64,000 nucleotides of DNA from Candidatus Saccharimonadales bacterium (GTDB taxonomy: Bacteria; Patescibacteriota; Saccharimonadia; Saccharimonadales; UBA10212), in contig DASTXL010000001.1 of the NCBI GenBank assembly GCA_035758565.1, forward strand, positions 396,981-460,980, written 5' to 3'. The notes beneath the pieces are model-generated. The model did no database searches, was not told the origin of the DNA, and saw only the letters and a list, made by a program, of their open reading frames with translations. The translations under genes were made by a program, and so were the position numbers. Position 1 is the stretch's first letter. Each line of letters opens with the position of its first letter. Below are positions 28,415 through 38,900 of this stretch, in pieces.

Positions 28415-31400
28415 TTAGTACTTGATAATGTAGTTAAGGGTCAAGTACGCCCCGGTATCTGTTGGCACATTAGTCTGAGGACCAACCGTTACAGTAGTGT
28501 TAGTTGTTGTGGTAGTGACTGTATTAACACCGAAGCTTGAGGTCGGCCAGTTGTTACCGCCGCTGCCGCCCTGGAAACCGCTGCCTGCTCCGTTATAAAC
28601 TACGGCATTTCCACTCACCGGACTGGTTACCGTAGACGTAGAGTTGGAGGTCGATGTAGAAACAGCTGAGGCGCTGCCTTTGTGGTAAGGGGTTCGGCTA
28701 CCAACCACTACACCCTCGTTGTTGCCTAGAGCGGTTACGTCAGTACGCCCAACCTCGGCTGGGTTCAGTCCAACGGCGGTTCGGCCGCGCAGATCAGGTA
28801 GGTTAAAGGTGGTCGAACCATCACCAACACCATAGGTCGTGCCGATAACGGCAAATAGCGCGGCATAAGTCGTTCGCGACACGGCTGACCCATCGGCAAC
28901 CAGATATCCCATTGGAGCAGTCAAACCAGCATAAGCTTGTATTGTCCCCGCTGGCGTCCCAGCCATCGAAAAGTCATTCCAACTACCATTAGCACAGCCA
29001 CGGAAGGTATTAGATGTTGAATTATAGTAAGTTGCGCCATTTTTACAGGTTGGATCGCTGGTTTTGATACCCATCACCAGCAAACCGTTACCGTCGAGTG
29101 TAAAGTTACCGCTGCTATCCAGAGAGGCCTGCAGAACCCCGTTGGTATAAAAGTCCATCAGATTAGAGCCGGCATCCTGGATTTTCAGGCTGTCAGACGG
29201 TCCAAAGCTCAAGAAATTACCGCCAGCAATCCTAATAGAGCCGTTAACATCCAACTTTTGGCCCGGAGTGGATGTTCCTATGCCTACCCGGCCATTAGCC
29301 GTATCAACGTCTAAGACCGTGCTGGAATTGGAATCCTGAACCTGAAAAGCAGTAGTGGAGTTAATACTGCTTTGGAGCAAGAAGTTGGAATTGGTTTGCA
29401 GAGTGTTGGCGGAGCCACGGTACAAACTAGCGTCGTCCAAGGTCAAGGCGCTTTGAACCACGGTGCCGGTGCTGGAACTATAGGTGGAAGTTGAGCCGTT
29501 CCAGACCATTGTCGGTACAGCTGCACCGGAGTTCATGGTGGTTAGGCTGCTTAGGGCTGGATCAGTATTACCATAACTGTTAAGAGTGGCGGCATCGGGG
29601 TTGGATAAAGTGCCCGTACCGCCGACAAACCACAGGAAGTCGCCATCTGCCCAGCGGGCGTTAGCCACGGAGCCAATATCGAATAATGAATTCATGGCGC
29701 CGAAAGCAGCAGCGGGAGTTTGGTTGGTATTAACGAAGTTCCCTCCATTTACAGAAACATCTACGGCAGAGCCGGTCCAGTAAAATACCAGCGTAAATAC
29801 TGTTCCTTTTGAGAACGGGCCGACCGTCACCGCAGCGTTTGAACCCGTATCGTGAGTACGGGTTATGGCAAGCCCGTTAGTGTTGTTAAAGTAAGCCGTT
29901 ATACCGTGACCGCTACCATCTTCCCAATCGAACAAATGGGCCTCGCCGTTAAGGAAGTTACCAATATCAGTGCTGGCCACATCCGTGCGGAACCTCATAG
30001 CTACCCAGCCCGTGGTACTGCTACCAATAGCTGCAGACGGAGCTCGGATGCGGGCTGCGCTGCGGCTTGAAGTGGTAAATGGCGTCGCATAAGCTTTTTG
30101 CTCCATTTGGATTCCATCTAACCAAGCAGTGACAGACGAACCGGTGTTTTGGATATTTCTAAAGAAAACTTTTCCGCTAGCTGCATTTGAAGGACTGGTA
30201 CAGCCGCCACTAAACCTCTGCCAATCTGTTGATGAGGTCCATTGATTACCGCCACAGGTATTTATAACTGATCCGGTGCCATTAGTTCCTGTGTACCAAT
30301 CTATAGAAAATCCGACGGTAATAGCAGCGCTTGTCTTAGTCCATTCCGAAATCGTGTAAATGGTACTGGGACTTACGTTAACATTCGTCTGGTATAAATT
30401 GTGCCAGTTATTATCACTAGCTACAGAAGCGCTTAAGCTCTGGGTCCCAAACTTAGCCGTGCTGGTATCGTTCCCCGTGCTTTCAAAGCTCGGGTCGCTA
30501 AACATATTTGTTGTAGCCTCCCAAACACCGGTGCTGCTATCCGGTGGAGTCACGCCATCGCCTTGGGTGTTGGTGCGGCGGGTAGCATCGGTAATTTCGT
30601 TGCCCGACATGGTTAGGCCGGTAGAAGATAGTAGGTTCCAGCTTAGCTGAGCACTGGCCGTACCGGAAGCGCTGCCAACGGTACTGGTGGCCTGAAGCTG
30701 GGTGGTAGAGACTTTGAAGTTAGTGGTATCAGCCGTCAGCAGGTTGAGCCCATTAGCGTTCTGGATTTGGAGAGCGGTGGTGGAATTGGTAGCGGTCTGG
30801 AACAAATTAGCATTACCGGTAGCCCACAAACTGCTTAGAGTCTTAAGCGAGCCACCAACCCCGTAAAGTTCGTCGCCCGCGCCAAAGTATACTCCGGTGG
30901 CGCTACTGGTAGCAGCCGCAAAGCTTACGCGACTATTGCTCGTATTTACATTAAAGATATTAGCGCCGCTGGCATTTTGTATCTGGAAAGCATTAGCAGA
31001 GTCGGCTGTGTTCTTAAACATAGCCGTGCCGTTTCCGGTCAGATTGCCAGCTACTACTAAGTTGCCGTCGGTCTTTAAAGTACTATTGGCTGAGCGGTAC
31101 AGGTTGGCGTCGCCGCCTATCAAAATGGCACTGGAACTCACGGTGGCATCGGGCAATAGTATCTGTCCGGTAATGGTATCGGCGGTCAGCAATGGTTGGG
31201 CCGAAGCGTTTTGGATCTGGAAAAAGGTGTGCGATCCGGCAGAAGAATCTTTAAACAGGGCCTGGCCCTGGTTGCCAATGCTGGTGACTACGGCGCCGCT
31301 GCCGTCTTTCAGTTCCAAAAGGTCCGCTGTTTGCCCGCTCTTACCCTTTAATATGCCCACCACGTTGCTGGCCGAGACAGATTCTATGTTAAAGTTAGCG

Positions 31401-32989
31401 TCGCTCTGCAAACTTATTCCGTTTTGGATATAGTTGCCAGAACCGCTGGCCGCCGTGCATCCCCCCGCAGTACAAAGCGTAGAGCCGTTTATCTCATAGT
31501 TACCGGTAATATTTACATTGCCCTGGGGATCTAGCGCATAAACCGTGCTGCCTGTGGAATCTTTACCCTCAAACAAATCGGCAGTCTGGCCACTGGCGCC
31601 CTGGATTATGCCACCAACATCGGTAGCGTCGGCAGAACGGATGTTAAAATTGGCGTCCGCTTGCTGAGTCGTAGTGTTATTGACGTAATACGACGAACCG
31701 GAAGCCGGATTACAGAGCCCGCCAGAACACACATCGGTTCCGTCAATTCGGAACGTGTGGCCGGCGCTAACGTTCACGTCTCCGTTCACGTCCAGCGTGT
31801 AATTAGGCGTGGCCACACCTATGCCGATGCGAGTATTTACGGTGTCGGCTATTAGCAAGTTATCATTACCGGCAGCATCTTGGATCTGAAAAGCGTTAGT
31901 GGCGTTTGTGGCTGATTTAAATATGTTATTGCCAGTAAAAATGTTGTTGGCGTCCAGGAGCGCCACATTGGTGCTTAACCTGTTATCGTTTACCGTACCG
32001 CTTGTTATGTTGCCGGCGTTCAACGCGCTCAATCCTGATCCATCACCGACAAAAGTATTGCCAGCCGCCGTGAATGAATTAATTCCACTGAATGTTTGGT
32101 CGGTGTTTAGACGAGCTATGTTGCCCGAAAGCAGGCTGTCACTTAGCGTTCCCGCGCTCAAATTAGACACATTGGCGTAATAGCTGGCACCGTGTCCCCC
32201 TAGGGTCGCCGCATCACCGGTAAAGGCGAGGCCTTGGGGCTTACAGCCGCTAGCCGTACACACTAACACGGAATTTATAATTAACCCCGAGTTGCTTAAT
32301 TCAGTAGCGCCGCCACCCGAGCTAACAGAGCCAGTTGCCGAGATATCGCCGCCAACTTGCAAGGCAGCGTTGCCAGTTGGAGTGGCGCCAATTCCCACCC
32401 TGCCGTTTTGAGTATCGGCCACCAGCAAATTGGCACCAGCAGCGTTTTGAATTTTGAAGGCAGTCAGGCTATCGGCAGCGTTTTGGATAATAACCGGGCC
32501 GGTGGCGGTGAATGTTTTGCCGTTGGCAATTTTAGTATCTATGCCGAAGGTTACAGATTCCTCACTGATGTCAGCCAGCTGATTCGGGCCGGAGCCGGTT
32601 GAGGCTTGGTTGTTAACCGGCACGTTTGTTCTTGGCCGGTTCATAATATAGAAGGTTCCCGCAGCCAGTGCCAGGATTACTAAAGCTACACCTAGCCATG
32701 ATTTTTTAGACGGGCGCAGCATTTCACGAACCGGAGGACCGGCGAACGGCGGTTGGCTAGGAGGCGAAAAGTCTGGCTGATTAATTAGTGGTTCTGCTGG
32801 AGCGGCGGCGACTCCAGAGATGGGCGGCGAAGCCGTTTCCAGCGAAGAAGCTGTTACCGTTTCAGAGCTCGCAGTCGGTGGAACTAGCGACGGATCTAAA
32901 GGAGTGGTTGGCGGACTTGAAAACATAGTAGCAATACCGCTTGGTGCGGTTGGTTGCGGCTGGGTTAGGTTTTTGTTTTGGTCGTCCAT
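28415..32989 (-). CDS. giant membrane-anchored surface protein (1524 aa) with a C-terminal phage tail-collar (tail-fibre-like) domain
   Basis: Low-complexity N-terminus plus one TM. Shares the FGIDTKIANGK module and the AFQIQNAAG repeats with its neighbours. Has a jelly-roll domain (WVAMRFRTD...). The C-terminus reads YLVADGSAVSRTTYAALFAVIGTTYGVGDGSTTFNLPDLRGR, the hallmark of the phage tail-collar domain (about nt 28640-28850), and is preceded by the YYNSTSNTFRGCANGSWN motif. Confidence 0.85.
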   Translation of the reverse strand: MDDQNKNLTQPQPTAPSGIATMFSSPPTTPLDPSLVPPTASSETVTASSLETASPPISGVAAAPAEPLINQPDFSPPSQPPFAGPPVREMLRPSKKSWLGVALVILALAAGTFYIMNRPRTNVPVNNQASTGSGPNQLADISEESVTFGIDTKIANGKTFTATGPVIIQNAADSLTAFKIQNAAGANLLVADTQNGRVGIGATPTGNAALQVGGDISATGSVSSGGGATELSNSGLIINSVLVCTASGCKPQGLAFTGDAATLGGHGASYYANVSNLSAGTLSDSLLSGNIARLNTDQTFSGINSFTAAGNTFVGDGSGLSALNAGNITSGTVNDNRLSTNVALLDANNIFTGNNIFKSATNATNAFQIQDAAGNDNLLIADTVNTRIGIGVATPNYTLDVNGDVNVSAGHTFRIDGTDVCSGGLCNPASGSSYYVNNTTTQQADANFNIRSADATDVGGIIQGASGQTADLFEGKDSTGSTVYALDPQGNVNITGNYEINGSTLCTAGGCTAASGSGNYIQNGISLQSDANFNIESVSASNVVGILKGKSGQTADLLELKDGSGAVVTSIGNQGQALFKDSSAGSHTFFQIQNASAQPLLTADTITGQILLPDATVSSSAILIGGDANLYRSANSTLKTDGNLVVAGNLTGNGTAMFKNTADSANAFQIQNASGANIFNVNTSNSRVSFAAATSSATGVYFGAGDELYGVGGSLKTLSSLWATGNANLFQTATNSTTALQIQNANGLNLLTADTTNFKVSTTQLQATSTVGSASGTASAQLSWNLLSSTGLTMSGNEITDATRRTNTQGDGVTPPDSSTGVWEATTNMFSDPSFESTGNDTSTAKFGTQSLSASVASDNNWHNLYQTNVNVSPSTIYTISEWTKTSAAITVGFSIDWYTGTNGTGSVINTCGGNQWTSSTDWQRFSGGCTSPSNAASGKVFFRNIQNTGSSVTAWLDGIQMEQKAYATPFTTSSRSAARIRAPSAAIGSSTTGWVAMRFRTDVASTDIGNFLNGEAHLFDWEDGSGHGITAYFNNTNGLAITRTHDTGSNAAVTVGPFSKGTVFTLVFYWTGSAVDVSVNGGNFVNTNQTPAAAFGAMNSLFDIGSVANARWADGDFLWFVGGTGTLSNPDAATLNSYGNTDPALSSLTTMNSGAAVPTMVWNGSTSTYSSSTGTVVQSALTLDDASLYRGSANTLQTNSNFLLQSSINSTTAFQVQDSNSSTVLDVDTANGRVGIGTSTPGQKLDVNGSIRIAGGNFLSFGPSDSLKIQDAGSNLMDFYTNGVLQASLDSSGNFTLDGNGLLVMGIKTSDPTCKNGATYYNSTSNTFRGCANGSWNDFSMAGTPAGTIQAYAGLTAPMGYLVADGSAVSRTTYAALFAVIGTTYGVGDGSTTFNLPDLRGRTAVGLNPAEVGRTDVTALGNNEGVVVGSRTPYHKGSASAVSTSTSNSTSTVTSPVSGNAVVYNGAGSGFQGGSGGNNWPTSSFGVNTVTTTTTNTTVTVGPQTNVPTDTGAYLTLNYIIKY

Positions 32990-32997
32990 TCTTATTC

Positions 32998-35900
32998 TTA
33001 CTGGCTACGCCACCTAACCATCGCACCTAGATTTTCATAGGTGGCATTAACGCTGGCTGTATTGTACTCAACAGATAGTTCACATTCGGCATTTGCGGGA
33101 GCGCCGCTATAAGTGGCGTCTGTCCAATTGGCGATCTGGTAGACGTTGTTGGCAAACACGCTAACCGACGGACCGGTAGCCCACAACGACCCGTAAGGCG
33201 AGGCACTGCTTCCACCGTGGGTATACAAAGAAGCCCGTATATAAGTAGTGGTCCCAGTTCCACTAGAGTTCATATAGCCGGATACGTATATCTGTGGGCG
33301 AAGGCCGGCATTGTATAGAGACATACAATTTGACAGCGGCATGGCACCATATGGCGACCACGCGCTACTGTTTAGGGTCGTAGCTGAAGGCAATTCGTTA
33401 ATTGTTGCGTCGGCTTCAGAGTACCAATGGCCCTGAGCGGCATCATACGTCAGTTTAAGGTAGTCTGCCGGAGCGCTAACTTTTAGGTATACAGTTTCAC
33501 CATCGTGCAGGTTAGTTGTTGGAATGGTTGTTACTATATCTATGCCGTTCAGGCTGTTCCAGGCACCGTTCGCGCAGCCCCTTATTTGATAGCTGGTCGT
33601 ATTGTAGTAGAGCCCACCGTTGGTACAGCCTGGATCACTAGTGGAGGCTCCCAATACTACCGTGCCGCTAACCGCTAAGTTGCCGGCAACGCTAACGTTA
33701 CCGGTCGGACCTACGTTGAACAATATTGAACCGCTGCTATTTTTAACGTCCAGGATGTCAGCTGATTGACTGGTGGCGCCTTGCAGAACCATGGTCGGAT
33801 TGCTGGCGCTACTGGATTGAATATTAATATTCCCTGTTTGAGTCGTCGTGCCGTTGTTTATTCCACTGCCGCCCTGCAAGCTTGGGTTAGCAAGGGTAAC
33901 GCGAATGTAGCCAGGGACATAGTTCCCAGAGCCACCATTACCGCCCTGAACCGTGGCATTAGATACTGCTTCATATGCCCGAATTGAAAACGTATGCGCC
34001 CCCGCCGACGGTGTAATCTCGCGACTTTCCATTATTCCCGTGAAGGTTAAGGCGCCCACATTGTTAGATATGATGGTTTGGCCCATCTTGCCAATAGACG
34101 ATCCGTCTTCGTAAAGCACAAATGTTAATGAAGGATAAGCAGCATTATTAAAGTCTATTTCGGGAGTATAGAACTCGATCATATAGGGAGTAGCTCCGTC
34201 AGCCGTGAAAGATGACGCGGTGACTACAGTGTTGGCAGTTGACTCGGAAGTGGCACTGATTGTTACTGGCGAAGTGAATTGGTTGTAAGCCAATTGATAG
34301 TTACTGCCGCTTGTTTGACTGCTGGTGCCGGACCCGCCGCCGGAGCCACCGTTAGAATCTATCTTCCAGCTTGGGTTACTACTCAGGTCAGGACCCCCGT
34401 CGTATATAGGCGCCGACTGTATCACGCTTACACCAGAACCGCCAAGCACGTATGCAGCATTGCCAGCGATGAATGCCGGTGATAGATAAGAACTGCTCGG
34501 CAGACTATCAGTCGCTGCCCACAACAAAGGATTGTTGATTGGAGCTTCCTGAACGGTCGTTCCAGCCATCAGATAAATATGGTCACCCACTATTAATATA
34601 GTGGCGTTCTGCATATTGGTGTTTAATGTGTAGCCGGTAGATACCCATGAGGTCGGTGAACTAATTGCCGCGCGGTAGATATTGCGCATCGGGCCGCCGC
34701 CGTTATTGCCACCAAACATGTAAACATAGTTGCCAATGACGGCTAGTTGGCTGAAGAATATATTGAATCCGAGCGTACCGGCTGAACTCCAGCTAGTAGG
34801 TGAGCTGATGCTAGCAGTATAGATTACATTGCCCGCCGTATTCACCGCGCTGGCCCCACCGAACAGATATATATTGCTGCCGATGATCGCCAATTGAGAG
34901 TTTACAAGGTTGCCAGGCAAAGTTCCGGCGGCTGTTTGCCAACTATTAATCGGGTCAGAGACCGGCGCGTAATAAATCACGTTGGTTGCCGCCGATCCAT
35001 TATAGCCGCCGAATAGATACACGTAGCTACCTACTACTGCTACTTGGGACTCTTCCAGCGCACCCGGCAATTTAGCGCCTTGGTCAGTCCATGATGTCGG
35101 GTTAGACACAGGAGCCGTATATACATGCTGCGAAGTAGAACCGCCTACATTACCACCGAATAGGTAGATGGTGTTGCCAATAGTGGCTACCTGGCCGCCA
35201 TACATATTAGCCGGCAATGTCCCGGCATTGGTCCAGTCGCTTTCCATTAGGCCGTAGCCGGCGCCAGACCCCGAACCACCGGCGCCGTTACCCGGATTTA
35301 ATCGGACCCAGACGGTACCGTTAGAGCCGGCAGTCTTAGCGCTCATGGCCTGGCCGATTATTCCACCACTTGGGTAGGCAGAATCAGTGGCTTTACCAGC
35401 AGTACCACTAGTTACCAGATAGTCGCCTACGTTCACCGCAGCTGTATCGACGTTGACCTGGTAAATACCGCTGATAGCAATTGGCTGGCTCTGCCCGGCG
35501 CTCATCGTTTTAGTGGCTACGCCAAATACTTTGGTCGAGTTAGCAAGAGTCGTAGTGGTCACCTGCCCAGCATTGTTGGTATCTATTACCACCACGTCGT
35601 TAGCATTTACGCTGGTAGTTACTGTTTCGTTGACGGTCATTATCTGGCTGGCGTTGCCAGAATTATTGAAGCCAATAGCGCCAGTTATGCCTAAATTGCC
35701 ATTAGCATCTACGCTCAGCAAATTTGAACCGCTGCTATTACGGACATCAAGAATATCCGCGCTTTGACTAGATGCACCTTGAATTATCGCAGTCGGGTTG
35801 TTGCCGCTTGCAGACTGGATGTTGAAGTTAGCGGTTTGAGTGGTGGTACCATTGTTGATCCCGCTGCCACCTTGGATTTGAGGATTGGCGAGAACTACTC

Positions 35901-38900
35901 GAATATAGCCCGGCACAAATGTAGTGCCGCCAGTGCCACCGGGACCAGCCTCTACCGTACCGTTGGCGTTAATTCGCCATGCCCGAATAGAAAATGTATG
36001 AGCGCCAGCAGTCGGCGTAAGTCTGCGCGTTACGTGTACAGGATCATAGCCTTGCATATTTGCCCCGCTATATACTTGTCCAAATATGTCGCCTATGGAA
36101 CTGCCGTCTTCATAAAGCGAAACAATTGTATGCCCATCGGCGCCAGCATCTACTCTAGGCGCGAAGAATTCAACTACTACAGGTGTATTGCCGTCTGAAC
36201 TAATAGATGTAGCCGTGACTACTGTATTAGCGGTTGAAGCAGATGTAGCCGACACGGTCACAGGAGCCGTAAATTCGCTATAGGCAAGCTCTGTATTGTT
36301 ATTTGCTGTTTGGCTGCTGGTGCCGGACCCGCCAGTACCGACGTTAGAATCGGTTATCCAGCTTGGGTTAGAGCTAACATCCGGCGAGCCATTGATTATC
36401 GGTGCCGAATAAATCTTATTGCTGTACGCCGTCCCAGTGTAACCGCCCCAAACGTATAGGGCATTTCCAACAATTGATACTCTGCTATCTACAAGCACGC
36501 CATTCATATAAGCGGTTGTTGCCCAGCCCCATACCGGATCAGTAACCGGAGCTCTAAAGATTACTGACACATATCCTCCGTTATAGCCACCCAGAAGATA
36601 TACATAGTTTCCAACGATGGCAAGCGAGGAATTATCCAAACCTGACCCGGTACCCGCATTAGGAATAGTGCCACCGCTATTAACCCACGATGTAGGACTA
36701 CTTATAGGAGCACGGTAGATGGTGTTCAGAGTGGAGCTACCATTAGCTCCGGCAAACAGGTAGACGTAGTTACCGATGACGGCTAAGTTGGAGTCGCCTA
36801 TACCACTAGACGCAGGCGCTATGCTACCAGCCGTACTCCAGCTTAGTGGGTTAGACACAGATGCCGTGTATATTGTGTTAATGTAGCCAGTACCGGTGTG
36901 ATAACCACCAAACAAATATATATTGCTGCCAATTATCGCAAGAGAGCTGCTCGTCAAACTAGTGGACAAGCTGCCAGCTAGCGTCCAGCTACCTACTGGA
37001 TCGGAAACATTCGCTGAATATATATTGGCCGTAGACGCGCCAGCTATCGCGCCGCCGAAGAGATAAATCTTGCTGCCGATAATTGCTAATTGCGAAGAGT
37101 AAAGATTAGCACCGGAAGGCAGGTTGCCAACAGCGGTCCAGCTGGTTGGATTACTTACGGGGGCCCTCATTATAGTTGTAACGCCAGCGCCAGCGCCAGT
37201 CGCGCCGCCAAACATATAGACGTAGTTACCAATGGTTGCTGGAGCACCCTCTACTAGCCCTGGTGCCACTGGCAGTGTTGCCCCGGTATCAATAAAGTCA
37301 CTTTCCATTAGCCCGTAACCGCTGCCAGATCCGGAACCGCCGGCGCCGTTGCCGGGGTTGATTCGGGCCCAAACCGTGCCGTTAGAACCAGCAGCTTTAG
37401 CGCTCAAAGCTTGGCCGATTACGCCGCCACTAGGCGAGCTAGAAGAAGTTGCCATGCCGGTAGTTGAAGAAGTTACGAGATAATCGCCGATATTAACCGC
37501 GGCCGTGTCTACATTAACTTGATAAATACCGCTTACAATAATCGGTTGGCTAACTCCTGCTGAATTTGTAGTCGTAGCTACACCGAATACTTTAGTACTA
37601 TTGGCCGTCGTACTATCTGTTACCTGGCCGGCAGTTGTTGTATCTACAACTACAACATCCCCGGCCGTAACACTGCTAGTTACGACCATATTAAGGCTTA
37701 TACCCTGGTTCTGATTGCCAATGTTGCTAAAGCCAATTGTGCCGCCAACGTTCAAGTTGCCAGCCACGAATGTGTTGCCGTTTGGATCGACGGAAAGCAG
37801 GTTGATATTGCTAGAGTTCTGAACGTCCAGTATGTCGGCGCTCTGACCAGATGTACCGTGAATAGTTGCGGTAACGCTGCTGGGGCTTGCGCTTTGTATA
37901 TTAAAGTTTGCACCGATCTGCAAGGTAGTGCCGTTTTGTATACCCCCACCACCCTGCAAAGATGTTCCGTATTCGGTCACAATAATCACACCGCCGGCAC
38001 CGTACCCACCGGACAGCGACGAGCTAGAAATACCACCCGCGCCACCACCGCCACTACCATATGCGACGCCGGCACCGCCGGCAGTAGTGTAGTTCCCGCC
38101 GGCGCCACCGCCGCCAAAGTAACTAGCGCCACCATTGCCACCTGATTGACCAGTGTAGTTATATGCACCGTCATTTCCGGTGCCGCCAGTAACGTTAACG
38201 TCGCCCCCCGTACCTGTGCCACCCGTGCCTCCAGCAGGGGCAGTGCCGCCGCCGGCATCTGTGCCACCGGTGGCACTCAATGCGCCAAAGGCTGTTGTGC
38301 CACCGCTAGTATGAGCGCCACCGCCCCAAGGAGCACCGGCTGCTCCCACTGCATAAGAGTAGCTGGAGCTTGGGCTTGATATAAACTTACGGACGTAACC
38401 ACCAGCACCACCACCACCGCCAGAACCATATTGATTTCCAAGACCACCACCACCGCCACCACCAACAAGTTCAACCTGCAAAGATGTTACGCCCGCCGGC
38501 AGATTAAACGTTCCAGAGCCCGATGTATAAGTTTGAACACCCACAATACCAGATCCACCACTGCCACTTCCACCGGAGTTAGAACCTCCTATGCCATAGA
38601 TTACAAGCCGGCTGCCAGCCTTGAAATTAGATCCGTTCATAGAAATAACCTGGATCCTATTGATTGCCGAGGTACTAGTCCATGTATCCGACCACGTGGA
38701 GCCATCAAGGCTGGCCGCAGTGTAGGCAACGTTAGAGCTATTAATAGCAGTGAATGATTTATGGAAAGAAGTTCCCGCGTAATTTGTGATGGTCGCCTCG
38801 GAACTTCCGGCGGCAAACGTGTTGTTTGACGCGCTGCTGCCAGGTAGCCAGCCGATAGAGGCTGAGCTCATCCCGGTATTAGCGGCACCGTTTACCGCTG

